From an uncultured Erythrobacter sp. (GTDB taxonomy: Bacteria; Pseudomonadota; Alphaproteobacteria; Sphingomonadales; Sphingomonadaceae), in the NCBI GenBank assembly GCA_937899785.1, contig CALCCG010000004.1, positions 4,231 through 68,230 of the forward strand: a DNA stretch of 64,000 nt, given 5' to 3'. Below are positions 9,281 to 17,650 of this stretch, in pieces. Numbering within the stretch: position 1 is the stretch's first letter; each line of letters starts with the position of its first letter. Position numbers and translations under genes: made by a program. The notes under the pieces are model-generated. The model was not told where the DNA came from, did not search any database, and saw only the letters and a program-made list of their open reading frames with translations.

Positions 9281-10465
9281 TTGGCAGAAAATTCCTCTTC
9301 TCAGGCTTGGAGCTTGCGCGCTTTGCCCGAACGCGTGCAGCGCTGGTTCCCCGACCGCGAATTCTTCATGCGCTCCGATGGCCAGGTTCGCTTCATCAAG
9401 ATTTCCTCACGATTGCAGATGATGGCCGCGGGCGCCGCGCTTGTGGTCGCGCTTGCATGGGCCGCTTCTCTGGGCGTGATGGCGTGGAACCAACATCAGG
9501 CTGAAGCGAATCTTGCCTCTTTTGAGCAGGAAAAGGCGCGGATCGAGACCTCGCAGGAGCGGATCGAGGCCTATGGCAGCGATCTTGAGCGGGTGGTTGA
9601 GGATCTTGAGGCGCGCCAGCAATTTCTGGATTCGATGCAGGAAATGCTGCCCGACGAAGTGCGCAAGTCCGGCATTAACGTGACCAACAGCGCCAAGGAG
9701 ACCGGCGAGACAGTCGAAAAGATCGGCGAACTGTTTCCAGAAGCGCGCGGTCTGGCAGAGATTGAGGCCCGGCAAATCGCCTTCGTTGAAAACATGACGC
9801 GATACGCCGACTGGCGGGCGAAGCGCGCCGAGGCCGCACTGCGCAAGTTGAACCTGGACCCCAAAATGATGGCTCGCAACATCGAGCGCACGGCGGTGGG
9901 TGGTCCCTTCGTTCCTCTTGGGTCCGACATCGCCGAGCTGGACCCACGATTTGAACGCATGGGGCTAAGTCTTACACGCATGGCGACTTTGGAGCGCGCA
10001 CTCGATGGCGTCCCGCAAGTTGTCCCGCACGCCAATCAGTCCATCACCTCAAATTTCGGGTATCGCCGCGATCCCTTCAACGGCCGCGCCGCGCGCCATC
10101 CCGGCATTGATTTTCGTGGCAAGATCGGTTCGCCGATTTACGCTGCCGCTCCCGGCACAATCGTCTACGCCGGTTGGCGCGGCGGTTATGGGCGCCTTAT
10201 CGAAATTCGCCACGACAACGGTCTTGTGACCCGCTACGCGCACCTTTCGCGGATCGACGCCAAAGTCGGAGACAGCGTCGAAGGCGGCGATACGATTGGC
10301 GGCCTTGGCAGCAGCGGCCGATCAACCGGACCACACCTGCATTTCGAAGTTCGGATAAACACTCGCGCGGTCAATCCGCGCCCCTTCCTGGAGACTGCCC
10401 CCGATGTTCTCAAAGAAGCCCGCGGAGCCAATCCGCTCCGTGTCAGCTCAGCGACCCAGCCCTAA
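9281..10465 (+). CDS. Membrane-anchored M23 endopeptidase (bactofilin-associated, LmdC-like)
   Basis: Cytoplasmic WFPDREFFMRS segment, TM helix, coiled coil, HPGID, YAHL, GRSTGPHLHFE; start uncertain (9212 or 9281). Confidence 0.88.
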   Translation: MAENSSSQAWSLRALPERVQRWFPDREFFMRSDGQVRFIKISSRLQMMAAGAALVVALAWAASLGVMAWNQHQAEANLASFEQEKARIETSQERIEAYGSDLERVVEDLEARQQFLDSMQEMLPDEVRKSGINVTNSAKETGETVEKIGELFPEARGLAEIEARQIAFVENMTRYADWRAKRAEAALRKLNLDPKMMARNIERTAVGGPFVPLGSDIAELDPRFERMGLSLTRMATLERALDGVPQVVPHANQSITSNFGYRRDPFNGRAARHPGIDFRGKIGSPIYAAAPGTIVYAGWRGGYGRLIEIRHDNGLVTRYAHLSRIDAKVGDSVEGGDTIGGLGSSGRSTGPHLHFEVRINTRAVNPRPFLETAPDVLKEARGANPLRVSSATQP

Positions 10466-10904
10466 CCCCCAGTCTCAAGGAAAATCCATGCCCGGCAACG
10501 CCAGCTCAACCTTTTCGGTGATCGGTCCCGATGTGATTGTTAAAGGCGATGTGAACGCGTCGGCCGACCTTCACATTGACGGAACGATCGAAGGCGACAT
10601 CAAATGCGCCAGCATAGTCCAGGGTGAGAGCAGTCAGATCAGCGGCACCGTGATTGCGGAAACCGCGCGGCTTTCAGGCAAAGTCACCGGATCGATCACC
10701 GCGCGCGAGCTGACCATTCTGAAGAGCGCAACGATCGATGGCGACGTTCATTATGACGCGTTGACCATTGAACAAGGCGCGCAAGTTGAAGGGCGCTTTG
10801 CGCCCAATTCGCAGCGTCAAGCCTCCAACGCGTCCAAGCCGATCGGCAAGGTTGAAGCGAAGACAGAGGACCCAGAGCAAGCGACACTGCAAATCGCCAA
10901 CTAG
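10404..10904 (+). CDS. Bactofilin (polymer-forming cytoskeletal protein)
   Basis: N-terminal MFSKK; beta-helix SVIGPDVIVKGDV..LHIDGTIEGDI..IDGDVHYDALTIEQGAQVEG. Confidence 0.92.
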   Translation: MFSKKPAEPIRSVSAQRPSPNPQSQGKSMPGNASSTFSVIGPDVIVKGDVNASADLHIDGTIEGDIKCASIVQGESSQISGTVIAETARLSGKVTGSITARELTILKSATIDGDVHYDALTIEQGAQVEGRFAPNSQRQASNASKPIGKVEAKTEDPEQATLQIAN

Positions 10905-10925
10905 CGAAGGCCGCTCTCGTCCAGC

Positions 10926-10965
10926 AAAGCGCTGCGTCTCTTAAAAGGAAGCGCGGCGCTTTTTC
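10926..10965. terminator. Probable bidirectional intrinsic terminator between convergent bactofilin and fadD
   Basis: AAAGCGCTGCG...CGCGGCGCTTTTT imperfect stem flanked by A and T runs. Confidence 0.45.
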
Positions 10966-10995
10966 GTTGGCCTGGCGGAGAACCGCAGGGCGCCC

Positions 10996-12663
10996 CTACA
11001 AGACCTCAGCGCGCAGAGCCTTGCGGTCGAGCTTTCCGATCATAGTCTTGGGCAGCGCTTCGCGAATGATCACCGCGTCCACGCGCTCATGCTTTCCGAC
11101 GCGGGTGTTGAGCCAGTCCTTTAGCCTATCTCCATCAGCAACCTTGCCCTCTTCCAGCGTGACATACGCCCGGGGCACTTCGCCGCGATACTCTTCGGGC
11201 ACGCCGATCACGAGCGCCTCCTTGACCGCCTCATGCTCCAGGATGACGTCCTCAACAACGCTCGGGAAAACTTTGAAGCCGCCAACCGAGATCATATCCT
11301 TGATCCTGTCGACAATCTCAAGAAACCCGTCCTCATCCATAACCGCCACATCGCCAGTGCGCAGATACGTCTCATTCCCGCGGGTTACGAAAGCGTCCGC
11401 GGCCGCCTCGGGCCGGTTCCAATAGCCGCGCATGATCTGCGGACCGCAAACGGCCAGCTCTCCTGGTTCGCCTTCTGGTGCAAGCGCGCTGGGATTTTCT
11501 TTGTCGAGCAGGACAATCTTCGTCCCCGCAACCAATTGCCCGATTGTGCCCTTCTTGCGAACTCCGGCGTAGGGGTTGACCGAGACGACACCCGCGCTTT
11601 CGGTCAGACCGTAACCTTCCACCACGCGGACGCCAGTCACATCCTCAAATCTTGTATGCACCGCGGCCGGCATAGGCGCCCCCCCGGAAATACAAACCTT
11701 GAGCGAAGACAGGTCTGTCTTAGCGAGATCGGGATGGTCAAGCATCGCCTGAAACATGGTCGGAACACCGGGAAAGCCGGTCGCCTTATGCCGTTCGATC
11801 GCCTGCAGAACCTGCTTCGTCTCAAACCGCGGCACCATCGCAATCGACGCGCCGCTCGCGACCGCGTGGTTCAATAAAGCGGTGTTGGCAAAGACGTGGA
11901 AAAAGGGGAGCGCACCCATAAAGACCTCCCCGCGTGGATTGCCAAACGGATTTATCGCTGCGACCTGCTGCGCGTTCATGGTGAGCTGGCTGTGCCCCAG
12001 CATCGCGCCCTTAGGCCGGCCGGTCGTGCCGCCAGTGTATTGCAGCAGCGCCAGATCGTCGGGCGAGACGGAGACCGGAGGTGCGGGGGAAGCCGCGCTC
12101 AGCGTATTCTCCCATTTCAGCGTGTTATGGCTCCAATGGATCTTGGCAATATCATCGCGTTTGAAGAGCCTGTAGGCGAGGCCCGTCAGCTTCGGGAGCA
12201 TATTCGCGAGGCGCCCCACGATGAGGGATTCAAGTTGCGAGCTTTCCAGCACTTTTGCGGCGGTGTTGAAGAGTTCGGGCACATCAACCGTCACCAGCGC
12301 CCGCGTCCCGCTGTCACCCACTTGCCAGGCCAGCTCTTCAACCGAGTAAAGCGGCGAGAAATTGACCACCGTCGCCCCAGCCATCATCGCCCCATAATAG
12401 GCTGAGGCGTAGATCGGAACATTGGGCAGGAAAAGACCGACACGCTCGCCCTTCTGGATCCCCATTTTTATCACGCCGGCCGCAAACCGCTCCGCTTCGC
12501 TGTGGATGTCTTGATACGAATAGGTGCGCCCAAGAAAATGGAGTAAGGGCGCCTGGGGGTTGTAGGAGGTGGTGCGCGCCAGCATGTCCGGCAACGTCAT
12601 CGGTTCGAACGCCGCATCCCAGGGCGTGGGGTGATAATAGGGGGATATGTTATTTACATCCAT
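10996..12663 (-). CDS. fadD: Long-chain fatty acid--CoA ligase
   Basis: LQYTGGTTGRPKG, EGYGLTE, GPQIMRGYW, RTGD, DRIKDMI, LPKTMIGK. Confidence 0.88.
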   Translation of the reverse strand: MDVNNISPYYHPTPWDAAFEPMTLPDMLARTTSYNPQAPLLHFLGRTYSYQDIHSEAERFAAGVIKMGIQKGERVGLFLPNVPIYASAYYGAMMAGATVVNFSPLYSVEELAWQVGDSGTRALVTVDVPELFNTAAKVLESSQLESLIVGRLANMLPKLTGLAYRLFKRDDIAKIHWSHNTLKWENTLSAASPAPPVSVSPDDLALLQYTGGTTGRPKGAMLGHSQLTMNAQQVAAINPFGNPRGEVFMGALPFFHVFANTALLNHAVASGASIAMVPRFETKQVLQAIERHKATGFPGVPTMFQAMLDHPDLAKTDLSSLKVCISGGAPMPAAVHTRFEDVTGVRVVEGYGLTESAGVVSVNPYAGVRKKGTIGQLVAGTKIVLLDKENPSALAPEGEPGELAVCGPQIMRGYWNRPEAAADAFVTRGNETYLRTGDVAVMDEDGFLEIVDRIKDMISVGGFKVFPSVVEDVILEHEAVKEALVIGVPEEYRGEVPRAYVTLEEGKVADGDRLKDWLNTRVGKHERVDAVIIREALPKTMIGKLDRKALRAEVL

Positions 12664-12777
12664 GTCAGTAACCTTGGGTGATCACAACGCGCGGCACAAG
12701 AAAAACCGCCTCACGCCCCGCGATTTTTCGCACTTGGAATGGGGTCAAGAACAGTCTGGATATCCCTTGGAGGCGGT

Positions 12778-12808
12778 AAAAGAAAGGGGCAGGCAAGGCG
12801 CCCGCCCC
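12778..12808 (-). terminator. Intrinsic terminator downstream of trcR
   Basis: Minus strand GGGGCGGGC-gcctt-GCCTGCCCC followed by TTTCTTTT. Confidence 0.7.
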
Positions 12809-12838
12809 CTCTCGATATTCGCTGGTTCTTGAAGCGGC

Positions 12839-13654
12839 TTACTCCGCCTCCTCGCCTTCCTCTGCCGGCACGTCGACCGGAGGTGTCTCACCAGCCGTTT
12901 GGGCTTCAGGCGCTGGCTCGGGGAAGGCTTCACTGGGCTCAATCGGAGCGCCGGATTCTTCGGCCTCGCGTTTTGCGGCGAGCCAGGCTTCGGCTTCGGC
13001 CTCTTGCGCGGCTTGAGCGGCGGCTTTTGCGTTGGCCTCCCTTTCGGCGCGCAGTTCTTCGATCAGCTTGTCCTTCTCGCTACGGGTTTCCTCGCCCGTG
13101 CTTTCGACTTCCTCGACAAGCCCGGCGCGCTTGGCCGCCTTGGCCACCACGGCATCGAGCTCACGCTGCGAGCACAGCCCCAACGTAACCGGATCCTTGG
13201 GTTGGATGTTCTGGATATTCCAGTGCGAGCGCTCACGAATCGCGCCAATTGTGTTGCGCGTTGTGCCGATGAGCTTGGAAATCTGCGCGTCCGACACTTC
13301 CGGATGGTTGCGCAGAATCCAGGCGATGCCGTCCGGCTTGTCCTGACGCTTGGACACCGGTGTATAGCGCGGGCCCTTGGTGCGAGTCACTTCGACAGGC
13401 GCCTTGTGCATCTTGAGCGCGTATTCAGGATCCTCCTGACCCTTCTCGATCTCTTCAAGCGTCAGTTCGCCCGCATGAACCGGGTCGCGCCCGGTGTATT
13501 TGCTGCCCGCCAGATCGTCCGCCATCGCTTGCACTTCAAGAATATGCAGGCCGCAGAACGCCGCGATCTGTTCAAAGCTTAGGCCCGTGTGATCGACCAG
13601 CCAGGTCGCGGTGGCGTGGGGCATCAGCGGCTTGGGCTGATCCTTAGTAGCCAT
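12839..13654 (-). CDS. trcR: DUF1013 family, cell-cycle transcriptional regulator TrcR
   Basis: PLMPHATATWLVDHT.LSFEQIAAFCGLH.LEVQ, GPRYTPVSKRQDKPDGI, HWNIQNIQPKDPVTLGLCSQ. Confidence 0.88.
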   Translation of the reverse strand: MATKDQPKPLMPHATATWLVDHTGLSFEQIAAFCGLHILEVQAMADDLAGSKYTGRDPVHAGELTLEEIEKGQEDPEYALKMHKAPVEVTRTKGPRYTPVSKRQDKPDGIAWILRNHPEVSDAQISKLIGTTRNTIGAIRERSHWNIQNIQPKDPVTLGLCSQRELDAVVAKAAKRAGLVEEVESTGEETRSEKDKLIEELRAEREANAKAAAQAAQEAEAEAWLAAKREAEESGAPIEPSEAFPEPAPEAQTAGETPPVDVPAEEGEEAE

Positions 13655-13715
13655 GGGAAATCTCCATCAAAAATAATAAGGGCCGCCCCTTGCGGAGCGG
13701 CCTTTGCGACGCTGC

Positions 13716-13744
13716 AGATAGGCCAAAGCGGCTCTTGTCGCAAG
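13716..13744 (-). promoter_or_regulatory. Putative RpoH-type promoter of trcR
   Basis: Minus strand CTTGCG-N16-CCTATCT resembles the alphaproteobacterial sigma32 consensus. Confidence 0.4.
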
Positions 13745-13817
13745 AATTTGCGCGCCTTCGAGCGATTTTTCGTGAGCAAGACGAGGCCTACGCTCTTTTA
13801 AGCGCAGCGAAAGGCGA

Positions 13818-14939
13818 TCAGAATTCGAGCACCGGAGCCGCTTGCAACGAGACGCATTCCTCCTCTTCCAGAGCCACAAGGCCGTGGATGAATTGGCGAG
13901 TGGCCCCTTCCCAACTGTAGCTGGCGCCATGCCTGGCGCACGCCTCACGCTGGCAACGCAGCGCGGCTTCGATCGCGTGGTCTAAGTTCTCAGACATGGA
14001 CCCCACGTCATCAGTCAAAATATCAATTGGGCCGGGCACGGGATAGGCCGCGACCGGTGTTCCACAGGCCAGCGCTTCGATCATGACCAGGCCGAACGTG
14101 TCCGTCTTGCTCGGAAAGACAAACACGTCGGCGCCTGCGTAGCACCCCGCAAGATCCAATCCGGTTCGCTTGCCCAGAAAAAGCGCCTCTGGGAACTTGG
14201 TCTCAAGCGCGGCGCGCGCCGGCCCATCGCCAACCACAACCTTGGCACCGGGGTGAGAGCAGGACAGAAACGCTTCGATGTTCTTCTCGACGGCCACCCG
14301 GCCAACGTAAAGCAGGATCGGCCCTTTGAGCCCTTGATATTCGACGGGCGCGGGCGCGCTGGCGGAGAAGCACGCAAGGTCCACCCCGCGGCTCCAGTGA
14401 TTGAGGCGATTCAAACCCTGCGCTCGCAGCTGCTTGCGGATCGTTTCGGTCGCCACCATCACCCGCTGCGCCGGGCGGTGAAACCAGCGGATATACGGCC
14501 AGAAGACATTCGCTGAAAGACCGGTGCGGCGCGCGAGGTAATCGGGAAACTGTGTATGATAGGCGGTGGTGAAAGGAACGCGCCGATTGCAGCAATAGCG
14601 CCGCGCGGCAAATCCCAACGGTCCCTCGGTTGCGATATGGACCGCGTCAGGCCGGATCTTAGCAAGCTGCCGACCGACCGCACCCGGCCAGGTCAGAGCC
14701 AAGCGGATCTCGGGGTAAGTCGGCGCGGGAAAGGAGCGATAGTCCTGAGGGGATATGACCGTGACTTCGTGGCCCCAACTGCGCAAGATTTCACACGTGG
14801 TGGCAAGCGTGCGCACCACCCCGTTGGTTTGTGGGTGCCAAGCGTCGGTTACGATTGCAATCGAGTGCGGGAGCGTGCTTCGGCGTCCGCCCTGTGCTTT
14901 TGCAATCTGCGAAGCTTGGATGGGCCGGGCTTGGTTCAC
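13818..14939 (-). CDS. agt: GT4 glycosyltransferase, Agt-like diacylglycerol glucosyl/glucuronosyltransferase
   Basis: IVTDAWHPQTNGVVRTL, PTYPEIRL, HIATEGPLG, TTAYHTQFP, VGRVAVEKN, FPSKTDTFGLVMIEA; GTGA overlap with the upstream phosphoesterase. Confidence 0.75.
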   Translation of the reverse strand: MNQARPIQASQIAKAQGGRRSTLPHSIAIVTDAWHPQTNGVVRTLATTCEILRSWGHEVTVISPQDYRSFPAPTYPEIRLALTWPGAVGRQLAKIRPDAVHIATEGPLGFAARRYCCNRRVPFTTAYHTQFPDYLARRTGLSANVFWPYIRWFHRPAQRVMVATETIRKQLRAQGLNRLNHWSRGVDLACFSASAPAPVEYQGLKGPILLYVGRVAVEKNIEAFLSCSHPGAKVVVGDGPARAALETKFPEALFLGKRTGLDLAGCYAGADVFVFPSKTDTFGLVMIEALACGTPVAAYPVPGPIDILTDDVGSMSENLDHAIEAALRCQREACARHGASYSWEGATRQFIHGLVALEEEECVSLQAAPVLEF

Positions 14940-15913
14940 GCGGCCTCCCGGGGCCCATCCGCAGCGGCCGGTTCCGCCTTAATCTGAGTGTCCTTGAGGC
15001 CCGGCGCTTCCGCCACGTCTTCAGCCTCCCGCTCTCTGCGGGCCTGGATGATGTCAGGCCAGTTGAGAATTTCCATCCGACCGTCCTGATGTTCGACCAG
15101 CGCGTTGCACCCTTCGACCCAGTCGCCATCGTTCCAATACTCGACCGGCTTGCCATCAAACTCGAACTCGCGGAATTCGGCGGTGTGAATGTGGCCGCAC
15201 ACCACCCCGTCAACGCCGCGCTCCCCGGCCGCCTTGGCGACCACTTCTTCGTACTTCCCGATAAACTCGACCGCGTTCTTGACCTTGTGCTTGGCCGCTT
15301 TGGACAGCGACCAATACGGCTTGCCAAGCGCCTTGCGGATCGCGTTCACCAGAACGTTCAGCTTCATCGTGGTGACATAGGCCCAGTCACCAACAAAGGC
15401 GAGCCAGCGCTGCGAAAGCATAACCGCGTCAAACTCATCGCCGTGCAGCACCATCAGGCGCCGGCCATCGGCGGTCTCATGAAAAGCGGCGCGGCGGATT
15501 TCGATCCCGCCGAAGTTGAGCCCGGTGAACTGGCGAAACATCTCGTCGTGATTGCCCGGAATATAGACGATCCGCGTGCCGCGCTTAGCGCGTTTGAGGA
15601 TGCGCCAGACGATATCGTTGTGCGCGGAGGGCCAATAAAACTTCTTCTTCAACCGCCAGCCATCGATAATGTCCCCCACGAGGTACATGGTCTCGCTATC
15701 CGTGTTGTCGAGAAAGTCGATCAGCATGTCGGCGTTGCAGCCTTTGGTGCCCAGATGCACGTCGCTGATCCAGATCGTGCGGAATTTGGCGCGCGCGTTG
15801 CCTTCAGGCTCAGGCGTCTTGGGTTCTGAAAGCGGAAGATTGGCGATGTTTCCACCGCTGAGCTCATCCTCGCTCAAATCCTTGGTCAGGTCGGACAACA
15901 TAAAGTCAGACAT
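14936..15913 (-). CDS. plcP: Metallophosphoesterase, PlcP-type phospholipase C (often annotated UDP-2,3-diacylglucosamine hydrolase)
   Basis: ISDVHLG, LVGDIIDGW, PGNHDE, HGDEFD, YWSLS..K.KVK.AV, CGHIH, NDGDWVE; paired with GT4 and preceded by a Pho box. Confidence 0.75.
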   Translation of the reverse strand: MSDFMLSDLTKDLSEDELSGGNIANLPLSEPKTPEPEGNARAKFRTIWISDVHLGTKGCNADMLIDFLDNTDSETMYLVGDIIDGWRLKKKFYWPSAHNDIVWRILKRAKRGTRIVYIPGNHDEMFRQFTGLNFGGIEIRRAAFHETADGRRLMVLHGDEFDAVMLSQRWLAFVGDWAYVTTMKLNVLVNAIRKALGKPYWSLSKAAKHKVKNAVEFIGKYEEVVAKAAGERGVDGVVCGHIHTAEFREFEFDGKPVEYWNDGDWVEGCNALVEHQDGRMEILNWPDIIQARREREAEDVAEAPGLKDTQIKAEPAAADGPREAA

Positions 15914-15966
15914 GGCAAAAACCCTCGTCAACGCTCCTGATGCTGATGCGCCTGTGGCAGCCTTTT

Positions 15967-15995
15967 GTTACATCCGATTCACAGATGCATGACGG
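15967..15995 (-). promoter_or_regulatory. Pho box (PhoB site), three 11-bp units
   Basis: Minus strand CCGTCAT-gcat-CTGTGAA-tcgg-ATGTAAC versus consensus CTGTCAT-N4; an extra CTGCCAC at 15954-15960. Confidence 0.65.
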
Positions 15996-16026
15996 TTCTG
16001 CGTAAATCCACAGCTGTGTGCCTTTA

Positions 16027-16043
16027 ATGTTGCATTGCAACAT
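16027..16043. promoter_or_regulatory. Perfect palindrome, candidate transcription-factor site (PhaR-like TGC-N3-GCA core)
   Basis: ATGTTGCA-T-TGCAACAT in the intergenic region upstream of plcP. Confidence 0.4.
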
Positions 16044-16162
16044 GACCATTCGCCAGTGCCAACCACACGGAAAAAGATATTCGGTTTGCGGGGACGACAC
16101 AAGCCCTGCTCGGGTCAAAGCAGCCGATCCACCAGGTTGCAGTCAGCCGGCGACGCAGGCCG

Positions 16163-17188
16163 TTACTCGCCGAAGACTTCGAGCACGATCTTGCCAATAT
16201 GTTCGCCCGCTTCCATCCGCGTGTGCGCAGCGGCGGCTTCGGCCAAAGGGAAGGTCTGGTCCATCACGGGCGCGAGCTTTTCGCTAGTAAAGAGCGGCCA
16301 GGCGTGTTCGGCGATTTCATCGGCAAGCGCCGATTTGAAAGCGTCGGAGCGCGGGCGCAGCGTCGAACCTGTCAACGTCAACCGCTTCATCATGATGAGC
16401 GGAATGAACAGCTCTGCCTTGGCCCCGCCGAGCACCGCGATCGTCACATGCCGTCCATCCTCCGCGAGGCATTGGAGGTTGCGCGGAACATAATCGCCCG
16501 ACACCATATCCAGCACGACATCAACACCCTCGCCTTGGGTGAACGCCTTGACCTCTTCGACGAAGTCCTGATCGCGGTAGTTGATTGCCAGATCCGCGCC
16601 GATCTGGCGCGCGGCTTCGCATTTTGCCTCGTCTCCGCAGGTTGCGATCACGGTCATATCGAACGCCTTAGCGAGCATGATGGCCATCGTTCCGATCCCA
16701 CTCGTCCCGCCATGGACAAGCAGCCGTTCGCCATCGCGCGCAAGGCCGCGCTCGAAGACGTTGTGCCACACGGTGAAAAGCGTCTCGGGCAAGGCGGCGG
16801 CGATCTTGAGCGGCATGGAATCGGGCACGCCCAGGCAATGCCCCCAGGGCGCAGCGCAATACTCCGCGTAGCCGCCACCCGGCGTAAGCGCGGCGACCCG
16901 GGCGCCGAGCATGGCAGGGGGTACGGCCGAGCCCACCGCAACGATCTCGCCCGCGACTTCAAGGCCCAGAATGGGCGAAGCGCCCGGCGGCGGTGGATAA
17001 GCGCCAGCGCGTTGGAGGCAATCTGGTCGGTTTACGCCCGCATAAGCGACCCGGATCAGGACATCTTCATCCTTTAGCGAAGGGATCGGAGCGTGTTCAC
17101 GGGCTAGAACATCTGGGCCACCCGGTTCTGCGAAGCCCACGGCGTCCATCGTGTCAGGCCGATTTCCCAGCGGATTAGCGTTGCCCAT
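16163..17188 (-). CDS. NAD(P)H-quinone oxidoreductase, PIG3/MDR family
   Basis: AGVNRPD..QRAG.YPPPPGAS.ILGLEVAG, LPETLFTVW, VHGGTSGIG, GSTLRPR, HIGKIVL. Confidence 0.9.
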   Translation of the reverse strand: MGNANPLGNRPDTMDAVGFAEPGGPDVLAREHAPIPSLKDEDVLIRVAYAGVNRPDCLQRAGAYPPPPGASPILGLEVAGEIVAVGSAVPPAMLGARVAALTPGGGYAEYCAAPWGHCLGVPDSMPLKIAAALPETLFTVWHNVFERGLARDGERLLVHGGTSGIGTMAIMLAKAFDMTVIATCGDEAKCEAARQIGADLAINYRDQDFVEEVKAFTQGEGVDVVLDMVSGDYVPRNLQCLAEDGRHVTIAVLGGAKAELFIPLIMMKRLTLTGSTLRPRSDAFKSALADEIAEHAWPLFTSEKLAPVMDQTFPLAEAAAAHTRMEAGEHIGKIVLEVFGE

Positions 17189-17315
17189 CGGCCTAAAACC
17201 CCCCCTCTCGCGGACCAAAACTGATCGATTGTGGCTGCAGTCTGAAAACTTGAAAGGGCGAATAGCTCTCTCATGCATTGACAGCAAGCGGCTGCGCTTC
17301 GATGCTGCCATGGCG

Positions 17316-17531
17316 ATGGATGATGATGAGCGCCCGAGTCTTGCAGGAGCCGCCGCCCAAGACGCTGCACACCGCCTAGGCCAAGAGGACCTGGGCCCTT
17401 ACTCGCAAGATGAGCTGAACATCCGCTCCGCCCTCCTTGAAGCCGAACTCGCCCGCGTGCGAGCGCACCGCGACAAAGTCAGCGCACACCGAGCCGCAGC
17501 GGATGCGCTTTTTGGAGGGTCCAAGTCGTGA
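17316..17531 (+). CDS. DUF1192 family small protein
   Basis: EDLGPYSQDEL..R..LLEAELAR...HRAAADALFG; usual neighbour of the quinone oxidoreductase. Confidence 0.8.
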   Translation: MDDDERPSLAGAAAQDAAHRLGQEDLGPYSQDELNIRSALLEAELARVRAHRDKVSAHRAAADALFGGSKS

Positions 17532-17650
17532 TCTTTGTCTTTGCCCTTTCCCCGGGGTCGCAATTCATCGCTTCTGCCCCATATAGCTTGTCTACCTCTC
17601 CTTATGCTCCCGTTCGTGGAGCTTTCACCGCCCTGACATAAGGCTTGTTC

